From: Octopus sinensis
Taxonomy: Eukaryota
Reading direction: 5' to 3'
Length of the DNA: 64,000 nt
Assembly: GCF_006345805.1 (NCBI RefSeq)
Contig: NC_043019.1
Coordinates: forward strand, 16,367,360 to 16,431,359
The number at the start of each line of letters is the position of its first letter. Position 1 is the first letter of the stretch. A program made the position numbers and the translations under genes. Below are positions 1-10,490 of the stretch, piece by piece. Below the pieces are notes generated by a model that worked only from the letters and a program-made list of their open reading frames with translations, had not been told where the DNA came from and did not search any database.

Positions 1-1182
1 CCCCTTCACCTCGCATGCTTTACAAATTATATGATTCATACCAATCCGTCTTGTTTTAACTATAACAATATGTAACGGTAAATAAATGTTTGCTTGCACC
101 TTCGGTCACACTGTTCTTCTTTCACCTTGCACATCTGCAACATCAACATTCGTTGCAATTGGTAACTGCCGACCCCAACACATGTCATTACCAATACCGT
201 CACAAACAAAACGAAATGAAGAGTAAGCAAAACGAACGAAATAAGGAATGACAAACTTGAACAGTTATCTGAAAGAAAACAATAAACACATGCTAAGAAA
301 GAGATTTGGAGAGTTTATATGAGTTTATGTGCAGAAGTTTCTGTGGTGAACCGTGAAAGAATACAGGATCTAAACTTTAGAACGCAAAACGAAGGCTGAG
401 TGACTGTCGAAAATGTCACTTGTGGACTTCCGTAGTTTCAGTTCTGTTACAAAGCAGGTATCGTTTGTGCAGTTTCTAATATGCTGCCTGTCACACTGTT
501 TCATGCTGTTTCTGCCAGAGAATTATGTTAAAGGTACACGTACCTATGAGGTACACGTACCTATGAGGTACACGTCAGTTCAGGAGCAGATAACTCAGTT
601 GATCGAACAACTGGATCCTCATCGTTGTTTAACGATGATCCACCTCTACCATAGATTATGTAATTGCGGACATCAATGAATAAAAAAAAAAAAGGTCCGG
701 GAAACGAGTTTCGCGGCCCGATTTCGCTGATCAATTCGAACCAAGTATCTTTTACTTTCCGATATAAAATCTTCTAGAAACCGACGTCAAACATTCCATC
801 TCGCACCTCCCACCCCGCAAAAAGCGATGGAGGAATTCGGTAAAGGTTTGAGATCTTGGAACAAAGCCAGGAATTTTAAGGAGGGTATAAATCGATTAAA
901 TTGACCCCAGTACTCAGCTGGTACTTATTTCATCGACCCTGAAAGGATGAAATGCAAAGTTGACATCGGCGGGATTTGAACTCGGAAAGTAAAGAGCCAG
1001 AGGAATTCTTGCAAAGCCTTTTAGCCAACTCGGTAGAGATTCTGACAATGCTTGGCACAACATGGTCACCTTAAAAGCCTTGTTCACCGACACGTCGAGT
1101 GGTTGAAGCACAGGTGGACATACATTCACCTGCAATCACAGCTTTGTTGGTACGACGCTCCTTTAATCTATTTTTTATGTAA

Positions 1183-1400
1183 GGCGGCGAACTGGCAGAA
1201 ACGTTAGCAGGGCGGCCGAAATGCTTAGCGGTATTTCGGCTGTCTTTACGCTCTGTGTTCAAATTCCACCGAGGTCGACTTTGCCTTTCATCTTTTCGGG
1301 GTCGATTAAATAAGTACCAGTTGTATACTATGGTCGATCTAATCGACTGGGCCCCCTCCCCAAAAATGTCGGGGCTTGTGCCTTGAGTAGAAGAGAATCT
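1183..1400 (+). mobile_element. tRNA-derived SINE, family A (head GGCGGCGAGCTGGCAGAA), inserted in the pogo DDE region
   Basis: A-box-like TGGCAGAAACGTTAG and B-box-like GTTCAAATTCC. Many homologous copies occur in the window (e.g. 9118, 18227, 18958, 40808, 48497, 55880). Confidence 0.85.
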
Positions 1401-2502
1401 ATTTTCTATGCTGCTGATCAGATGAGCCCATACAAGAAGCGACTTTGAATCAAGCATAGCCCCCTGGGTGCTTGAACCACATGTCGTTTAACCGGTTCGT
1501 CAATACGGTTTCATCTACCCACCTTTTCTCCTGAACATACACCACTATGCCCTTCGGAAACTTCTCTTTCGGGAAAGTCCTTCTCTTGAAAACAACAGCT
1601 GGGCTAAGTTTCGTACCGACAGCCATATCAAACCAAAATTGCGGTGAAGAGGACCTTGTCGCTCCCTGTAGTTTTTACTGAAATTGTGTTTTCCCCTTTA
1701 ATGTCGACTGTCCGAGTTCCTACCATATCGAAAAGAAGGCGTGTCTTTTCAATATTACTGATTACTTCCAAGGTAAACTCGTGGCCCTTTCGTAGGTCTA
1801 TTACACACCGATGGAAGGAATCAACTTTGCTCTCTACGTCAGCGGGTAATTTCTGTGCTATATGCCATAGTAGTGCTCCAGCATGACCACAGGCGCATGG
1901 CTGAAACGAGTAAAAGAAAGTATGACTCTTCTGTCTCAGCGTAAGATTGTGACGCTTCATAAACCTCGAACCTTTAAAGCCAGGAAATGCTTTGAAGTCG
2001 GATATACCATATTCTTTTGTTACTTGGAGAGTCCACAATCGAATGCTGTTTCTCATGACGAGATGTCTATTCGTGCGTAGTTCAGTCACCCAGTCTCTCC
2101 AAATAATCTCCGTTTCCTAATTTTCTTTAACATTTTGATGTCAACGGATTTCATTTTCTCTTTCAAATGTCAATCGCTGACCATTTTTTCTGAGACCCCA
2201 GATTCTCTTTCTGCAGCTCGATTCAACTTTCAGCTTGAAGGTGATATCATATGAATTCCGCTTTATCTTCTCGTTAACAAATAACATGGCGTCGAATTAA
2301 AGAAAGACAGATCCGATGCAAAAAACAAACAAGCATTAAATTAATTGTTTATTTCATACAAACAGAATTAAAGAAATATCTAAAGAAATGTCTAAAGATC
2401 TTCTTTCGTGTATTTCTCGGCTTCGAAATTAGCGATTCGGGTTTCTTCGGTTATTCCAAGTGTCGGAACTTCAGGCGTAGCTTGTACCCAGAAAATATTC
2501 TT

Positions 2503-3432
2503 TTACTCTTTTATTTGTTTCAGTCATTTGACTGTGGCCATGCTGGAGCACCGCCTATAGTCGAAGAAATCTACCCCAGGACTTATTCTTTGTAAGCCTA
2601 GAACTCGTTCTATCGGCCACTTATTGCCAAAATGCTAAGTGGCGGGGACGTAAACACACCAACATCGTTTGTCAAGTGATGGTGGGGGGACAAACACAAA
2701 CATATACATATATATAAACAACGGGCTTCTTTCAGTTTCTGTCTGTAAGAATTAGCACTTCTTTCTCTAAGCCTAGATTCGAAATCGAATCCAAGAATCA
2801 TCGGTCGTCCAAACCAATGCAATTAGAGGCGCGAAATTTAATAACCCCTTTGTTCTGTCAAAAAGTGATTGATCATCTCCCTTTGACCTGCGACCTCAGC
2901 CATGTCAGGCTAAGTTCAAATGGACAAATGCTGACCTAAATAAAGCACTGTCTCTATTGCGTTATGTCTGTTTTTCTAGCTGTCACAAATATTATAAATA
3001 CAGCGGGGAAAACAGAGAACGGACAATCGCAGCGGAGACGGCAGCAGACAGATCTATCTCGCCCCGCGTTTTGGAGACGACAGAGAGAAATGTTCAGTGT
3101 CTATCGACTACTGTTTCGAATGAAACACACACACACACAAACATATTCATCTTTAATATGTGCTCTACACAAGCAATTCGTAGCATTTGCTTACATTTGT
3201 ATGTAGTGTACTTATGACCCTGTAAATAAATTCCTTTTAATCATGAAACGGTTTATGTATTTGTTTACATACACACACATCCACTACATGTCTACCAAAT
3301 CTTCACAAGGCTTTGGTCGGCCCGAGGCTTATAGTAGAAGACAATTGCCCAAGGTGCCACGCAGTGGGACTGAATCCAGAACCATGTGGTTGGTTAGCAA
3401 GTTACTTACTACACAGCCACTCCTGCGCCTAT
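2503..3432 (-). mobile_element. SINE family B copy split in two by a solo LTR
   Basis: The 3' half (2503-2743) and 5' half (3289-3432) rejoin as ...TTCAGTTTCTGTC|TACCAAATC..., matching the intact copy at 21484-21897. Confidence 0.85.
2744..3288. mobile_element. Probable solo LTR (545 bp)
   Basis: Termini are TGTA...TACA with a 4-bp duplication TGTC (2740-2743 and 3289-3292). There is an internal AATAAA near 2939. It splits a SINE cleanly. Confidence 0.7.
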
Positions 3433-4099
3433 ATCTGGAGATATTTTTTTATAGATTACGCTTATAAGTCGCATCCCCAACTTTAGCTGAAAATTCCATG
3501 GGGTAAAAGTGCGACTTATAGCCGAGTATAAATGAGAAGCCTATATTTGAAGACATTGTCCCTCTCACGTCGTTACTTGATCTTGGATTTCTTTATTTTG
3601 AACATCAGAAATCCAGAAACTGCAAAAATCTTGTCTTTTTTTTTTTTTTTTGTATAATTAAAACAAGAAGATAAAAAACCCTGTTAAGGATGGGGAAATG
3701 GTTAATAAGTTTGTATCATATCCACGATCTCCCGGTTTTGATCCCACTGTGTGTGATCCTGGGCGAGTGTCTTTTACCATCGTCTCCGGTAGTTCTAAGC
3801 CTCGTGAGGAAAATCCGATGGAAGGAAACTCTATGGAAGCTCATCAGATGCATTGCACTTATATCAAATTGGGAAAAAAAACTGTTTCGTCGTACACTAT
3901 CTCGCTGATTCTGCCTGTTGATGACATTAAGGCTAGACATGTTTGAGGAATACTCGGCCACTTACAGACTAATTTTAGGAGCTGTTGTTGGTTCAGTTGA
4001 CTGAGCAGCTGAACAAGCATTATAGACCCCCACCCAACCCATCGGACAAAGCAATGCATCAAAGCCCCGACACACACAACCAAGAGGGAAAAGATAATT

Positions 4100-4958
4100 C
4101 GGATCTTTTCCTTTTGAACGGCAGTTTTCAACACAATTTCTAGTTAACTAAACACTTGTAAACATCGTATGCTGGTAGAATGTGTTTTTTAAAACATCAT
4201 TTTTTCTTGGCTCTATTGAGAAAATTCTATAGTTTGTAACATATTTCGACTTTAGTTTCGAGCATTTCGGCAATTTTAACCAATCGCTGACCTCCATTTG
4301 GGGTGAAAGCATTCCGTGCTGTATGAATATGTCCCTCGTTTAAGAAACAGATTGGGTTTATTTACATTTGCGAAGAAAAAAAGATACCCTTCCTCACCCC
4401 TAACCCTAACTCTAACCCTAACCCTAAAACAGATTGAAATGCAATAGATCGATACTAGGGTTATAATTATGGGTGACAATTTCATACGACACCGCTACGG
4501 AAAATGGGATTTTTTTCTAGCGGTGTCAAATGAAATTGTCACCCATAATTATAACCCTAGTATCGATCTATTGCATTTCAATCTATTTTAGGGTTAGGTT
4601 TTGAGTTATGGTTAGGGTTAGTGTTAGGGGTAGGGGTAGGGGTAGGGGTAGGGTTAGGGGTGGGGGAAGGGTATCTTTTTTTCTTCGCAAATGTAAATAA
4701 ACCCAATCTGTTTCTTAAACGAGGGACATATTCATACAGCACAGAATGTTGTTTACGTCAATGGAGGTCAGCGATTGGTTAAAATTGCCGAAATGCTCGA
4801 AATTAAAGTCGAAATATGTTACAAACTATAGAATTTTCTCAATAGAGCCAAGAAAAAATGATGTTTTAAAAAACACATTCTACCAGTAGACGAAGTTTAC
4901 AAGTGTTTAGTTAACTAGAAATTGTGTTGAAAACTGCCGTTCAAAAGGAAAAGATCCG
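4100..4958. mobile_element. Foldback/MITE-like element, almost wholly palindromic, with telomere-like (TAACCC/TTAGGG) internal tracts
   Basis: CGGATCTTTTCCTTTTGAACGGCAG... at the left end is mirrored at 4935-4958. Flanked by ATAATT on both sides (4094-4099, 4959-4964). The centre of symmetry is near 4500-4517. Confidence 0.85.
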
Positions 4959-5101
4959 ATAATTCATACAAATATTATTATGAAAAATGAAGTTCGAGTC
5001 CTAGAAACACCAAAACCAAAGAATATATATAAATAAAAAACTTTCTAGTTTCCGGCTTCATACGCCTGACGCTGCGATCGCAAATATTGTTTTATTAAAG
5101 A

Positions 5102-7553
5102 CTTACAGAGACACCTGGCGTTGCTCAGGATGAAAAGGGCATAGTTTGTATCTTTATATTACAGCAACATGCTATGTGTCTGTTTGGAGTATTTCAGGCC
5201 CTAACCTGTCACGGAAAATGGGAGGTGGAGGGGTTATGTGATTTTTGAACACACTGAAAAGCTGTCAGTGGATACACTCTCTTTTGCAGCATTCGGTGCT
5301 GTGTCTAACACGACCCATTGTCTGAAATTTTGACACCTCCTTCAGGTTTGTTGTCCTACATCACTCATAAAGTAAATTTGGAGGAACTGTGGCTGTTCAT
5401 TTGTGGGTAATAGGGAACCAATGAGGTGATAGACTTGCCCTTGAACTTTGACGTCATCGTAAATACATGTTTATCTATCTTAGATGCAGCAAACGATGTC
5501 ATCTACAGAGTTGTATTGTCTGATATTGTTCAGAAAATCCTTTGACTGGATGGAAGTGCCTTCCAAGGAGGTCCATAAGAAGTCGAAGAGGGGCTGGTAG
5601 TGCTGGCAATCTTACCTTACCGTCTGAGCAGTACATGTCATTCGTTTCATTTAGAAATTTGGTATCTTTTCCTTTTGAAGGCCAGATTTCAACACAATTT
5701 CTAGTTAACTAAACACTTGTAAACTTCGTATACTGGTAGAATGTGTCTATAAAACATCATTTTTTCTTGGCTTTATTGAGAAAATTCTATATGTTGTAAG
5801 ATATTTCGTCTGAAAATCCGAGCATTTCGGCAATTTTAACCAATCGATTACCTCCATCATTTGCTGCGTCTAAAACTGAGACAACATCCTGTAATTAACC
5901 CTCCCACTCCCCCAACCCTAAATTTTTTTTTCTTAATTGTTACGCGTGTAAAAAAAACTAAAGCAATGGAAAATAATTTAAACAATTAACAAACAAAATA
6001 ATTCTATAATTTTATACACACGCTTTCCGTATACGTACGGAAAGCGTGTGTATAAAATTATAGAATTATTTTGTTTGTTAATTGTTTAAATGCATACGGA
6101 AAGCGTGTGTATAAAATTATAGAATTATTTTGTTTGTTAATTGTTTAAATTATTTCCCATTGCTTTCGGTTTTTTTACACGCGTAACAATTAAATTAACT
6201 TAACAATTAAGAAAAAGAAATTAGGGTTAGGGGGAGGAGGAGGGTTAGTTACAGGATGTTGTCTCAGTTTTAGACGCAGCAAATGATTTTAGCTCAAAAG
6301 AGAGCATAGGATTGGTTAAAATTCGAAAAATTAAACTACGTTAAACAAACAAATTACAAATTTATCAAGAAAGCCAAGTGAAAATAATGTTTTCTTTTGA
6401 CACAATCTACCAGTATACGAAGTTTTAAAGTGTTTAGTTAACTAGAAATTGTGTTGGAATCTGGCCTTCAAAAGGAAAAGATCCGAAATTTGAAAGTTTT
6501 GCAGTTTAGCACACCAATTTGGACAAAATTATCATTTTTATAAAAATTGGATGGATCATAATATGAAAGCAGCTCCAGGAATTGTAAAGAACGAATTTGT
6601 ATGTGTTCTGTTTCTAAGAGCTACGTATTCTATTGGACCTCTGTCTAATTAAAACGTTGTTTTAATGATGCAGAATGCATTTGCTGATTTTGAGAAAGTC
6701 TCATCTCCTTTCGCTCTTGAGACTCCGTCTGACGTGCTGCTTTGGACCTGCTACATCGTTGTTTTTTGTCAAGAGTCTCACCTCCAGCCGTTCGTTATGT
6801 TTCTCAACACTTACACTGACACACCTTTCCGCTATGGTGGCCGTAAAGACGGAAAGTTGCCGATGCGTAATGTTGTTCATATCAGGATGTAAATTATTCA
6901 TTTATTATTAGAATTAAAAGTGAAAGAATGAAAGTGAAACAATATTATAGCCTTATCACATCTTGATAATACTAAGACTATAGGTATATTTGTGTGTAAC
7001 TGAAATCTCTCAGAAATAGTATATTTTATCTTAATTTTTTTTTACAATTGCAGTACAATTTTTTGTGACGTTTAAACCTCTATTTAAACGATTAAACACA
7101 ATTTTTGTTATTTCTTGATGAAAAAAAACATGGCTTCTATGACATCAACACACATACACATGGCGTGTCAATCAACACAAACACACGTTCGATATCTGTG
7201 TCATATACACACACACATTGTCTTCGCACTCTCTAAGAAAAAAAGCTGTTGACTTTTTGACGTACAGATTATTTTAATCATTTGGAAATATTTTTAACTG
7301 AATGTGATTTCATCATCCGGAGTTCATTAATTTCCATAAAAGTTTTTATTGATTTATTTACTTTTGTTTTAAAGTGAAAGAATTATGTACGTGTATATGA
7401 AATGGACGTGTGTGTGTGTGAAAAAGAAAGAGAGAGAGAAAGAGAAAGAGAGAGAGAGAAAAAGGGAGACAAATTGAGTGAAGGGGTGTGTTGTCATGTA
7501 TACGTACATACATCAATACATATGCGTACATCTTTTTTGCATGTACGTGTGCA

Positions 7554-7590
<37 letters not shown>

Positions 7591-8364
7591 ATGTGTGTGT
7601 ATGAGTGAGTGAACGTGTGTGTTCTCATGTATGTGTAAGCGGCACTCCCTTTTTCCCTCACACACACACGTCCATTTCATATACACGTTTGTGCATCTTT
7701 CACTTTCTCCTCTCTTTCACTTTAAAACAAAAGTAACAAGTGATTTTGAAGATAACAATTGTTAAGAAAAGCTTCTATTCATGTAAATGAATTACTATTG
7801 TTTGGATAGTTCCAATTAAATAAGTCCAGAAGTTAGGTTAAATATATATATATACGTGCATAAGTACCGTGAATTCCCATTCTACAAACTGGCAAACAAT
7901 TCCTTGAATACTTTACCGGGCAACGCTGAGGAGTAAGTCTAGTAAGAATTAAAAGTGAAAGAATAAAAGTGAAACTATTACATCACATTACAAATGGAGG
8001 CTGCATCGTACCATTTCCAAGCGCATGATAAAACACATATTAATTGCACACTTTACACTGAATTTTTTGCAGTTCTTAATTTTATTGGCCTTCACATGAA
8101 ATTTTATTTGTCTCAGTATGAAATTAGTAACCTAGAAATTCGTCGAGGGCTGCATGCGGCCCGCAGGTTGTCCATGCATGATACAGATGTAATTCTTTCG
8201 TTTTCGACACGTAATACCAAATCAGTGCCAATGTTATATTGTTTTAATCCAAATGGAAAAAAAATTACATGTTGACACTACCTTGTAAAATTTGATTCGA
8301 TTTGGTCGAGCCGTTTGAGAATGCATAGCGAACAGACAGACAAAAATAATTTTATAGAGAGAGA
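5102..8364 (-). mobile_element. Internally deleted Helitron (5' end, N-terminal ORF remnant, 3' end), interrupted by a foldback element
   Basis: The 5' end reads A|TCTCTCTCTATAAAATTATTTTTGTCTGTCTG at 8364. Minus-strand peptides ARQTESQERKEMRLSQ (~6690-6745), YDPSNFYKNDNFVQIG..CKTFKF|LNETNDMYCSDGKVRLP and VQGQVYHLIGSLLP..PQFLQIYF are typical of the Rep-Hel N-terminus. A degenerate 3' hairpin CCTGAGCAACGCCAGG lies at ~5113-5130. Confidence 0.8.
5661..6485. mobile_element. Second foldback element (same TIR family as 4100-4958, different interior) inserted in the Helitron ORF
   Basis: Long inverted arms; AAATTT at 5655-5660 and 6486-6491; central palindrome ACACGCTTTCCGTATACGTACGGAAAGCGTGT at ~6018-6050. 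Confidence 0.85.
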
Positions 8365-10256
8365 TAAAATATATTGAAGATAGAACTTTTCAACTTGAAC
8401 CATTTTAAATAATTTCCCCGATCTGAAAGTCAATCATCGAATTTTTATCTGGCAGTCTAAGAATGGAAATAAAGCTCTCCAGAGCTTCGATCATCCCTTC
8501 CTAAGACACTTGCCAAAGCTGTACGACCTGAGTAATGTGCCCTCGTTGCACAGAGGCTTACACCACAAATTTCAGCAAGATTATCGACCTCTTTTGACAT
8601 TTCTTCCATGGATCGTCCATCCAATTATCACAGGAATTAAAACCAGAATGTTCCAAAAATAAATTAATTAACGTAGATGTATAAGTACTTCCTACAACAT
8701 CAGTGTTTAAGCATTAAAAAAAGGAAGTAAGATACTATACGGGAGAGATTAAAGAACATAATCTCTTGCGCAATGTAACATGAACCTTGGAAAACATTTT
8801 ATCGTTTCAATTACGCTTCAGTCACGTTTAATCAAGTTCAAACCATTGAAAATGGAGATGGTATGGAATTACTGCCAATGGTTCATTATTAGGTCAAGTG
8901 CTCAACACAAACGTTTGCAAATTTCTATTCAGGGAATAGCTTTGTACTTGGAGCGCCGTGCGAGGCTTGGAATATATTTCTTTGACAATGTAATAAGTAT
9001 TAAATAACAGTATTAATGATGGAAGAATTGAAGATGAGAAGAAGCAGTCATGATGTGAAGAGAACAGCAAAGATATGTTACAACATAAAAAGCATAGACA
9101 TCATAAAGCAAGGAGAAGGCGGCGAGCTGGCAGAAACGTTAGCACGCCGGGCAAAATGTTTTGCGGTATTTCTTTGCCTTTCATCCTTTCGGGGTCGGTA
9201 AATAGAGTACCAATGATGCACTGGAGTCGATGTGATCGACTTAATCCCTTTATCTGTCCTTGTTTGTCCCCTCTATGTTTAGCCCTTTGTGGGCAATAAA
9301 GAAATGAGAAACGTTAGCATGCCGCGACATTTTGCCTGTCTACGTTCTGAGTTCAAAATTCCGCCGAGGTTGACTTTGCCTTTCACCCTTTCGAGGTCGA
9401 TAAAATAAGTACCAGTTACACACTGAGGTCAATGTGGTCGACTTATCTCCTCCTCCGAAATTGCCAAAATTTGAAATCATTATATTTTACAGTATATTTA
9501 GTTCTGAACATTTTCGTAGTAAATAGCAAACTGGCCGAGGTCAGCTTTGCCTTTCGTCCTTCCAGGGCCGTTAAAAATAAATAAATAAATAAAATAATAA
9601 TGATAATAATAATAATAATAATAATAATAAAACAGTCATGTATTGGAACGTTTTAATATTCTCACAAGACATCCTAGATATGGGCTCCGAACCACAGAAC
9701 ATTGGGATACCAAAGTAACACAAAGTTCATTACAAAGAACATTGCGAACAAGAAGCTTCTAGAACCAGGGCTGTGGAGCTTATGTACTCGCCTCTCAGTC
9801 AATCGACCAATCAATAACTCTACTTATCTTTCCAACTACCTGTCGAACAAGCTATCGATGTCTTCATTATGTGTTTATATATTACTATCTATTGGTCTGT
9901 TTACTTATATATCTTTCAATCCATTTATCCAGCTTGTCTAACCCGCATGTCATCCTTGACTGAGAAGACATTTGACGGCAGAGTCAATGCTAGAAGGAAG
10001 GGTAGTGGATTAGGCTGCTATTTCTAGCAGTTCGAGCAATTGCACACAAAATCTCTCGTTGGTTCCATTCGACCATCTTAGAGTAATGTATTCAACGACC
10101 AGCAGGTCCGTAGATGTGCGGAGGACAGGTAGAGAGAGAAGCACGCACACAGATAGATATTGTGAGAGTGAGAGAATGTGTGTGAAAGAAAGAACTATAT
10201 AGATAGAGACAGAGAAAAAAATAAATATAGACAGATACATATGAAGAATGCGTGAA

Positions 10257-10288
<32 letters not shown>

Positions 10289-10289
10289 T

Positions 10290-10490
10290 ATTATTTGTGA
10301 GGGGTGTCAGCCGGGTTCGGTAACCGGCAAACTTCCCAAAACACGCACCGTCTCACTGACGTATGACGTCACTAAGTCATCCTGCGACGAGGGATCGGTT
10401 CCGGGCCGAGAAGTCGATGGTTTTGCCGTGTTTGGGACCGAACACTGAATCAATAATCCTCCCGTTTTGCCGCCGCCTGGTGCACTTAGT
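10290..10490. promoter_or_regulatory. Candidate promoter/enhancer: locally GC/CpG-rich patch with a CRE half-site and a full CRE
   Basis: TGACG at 10357-10361 and TGACGTCA at 10364-10371, in a CpG-rich non-repeat island ~2.6 kb upstream of the AREL1 ATG. Motif evidence only. Confidence 0.3.

Larger units (their letters stand above)
1020..3535 (-). mobile_element. Decayed pogo/Tigger-type (Tc1-mariner) DNA transposon, interrupted by SINEs and a solo LTR
   Basis: Minus-strand translations give KRNSYDITFKLKV (~2230-2260), the HTH_CenpB-like ORF 1628-2089 (FKAFPGFKGSRFMKRHNLTLRQ...IAQKLPADVESKV), GTKLSPAVVFKRRTFPKEKFPKG (~1530-1620), SKSLLVW (~1430-1455) and VLQPLDVSVNKAFK (~1070-1115). These are DDE_1 motifs, with frameshifts. 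A terminal TATAAGTCGCA...TGCGACTTATA structure lies at 3465-3525. Confidence 0.85.

Noticed and set aside
4398-4668. Telomere or interstitial telomeric array
   Set aside because: The tracts are short, degenerate and symmetric inside TIR-bounded elements, not a chromosome end or fusion.
8380-8720. Possible decayed DNA-transposase fragment on the minus strand
   Set aside because: The translation has stops and I could not match any motif with confidence; a tBLASTx/HMM search is needed.
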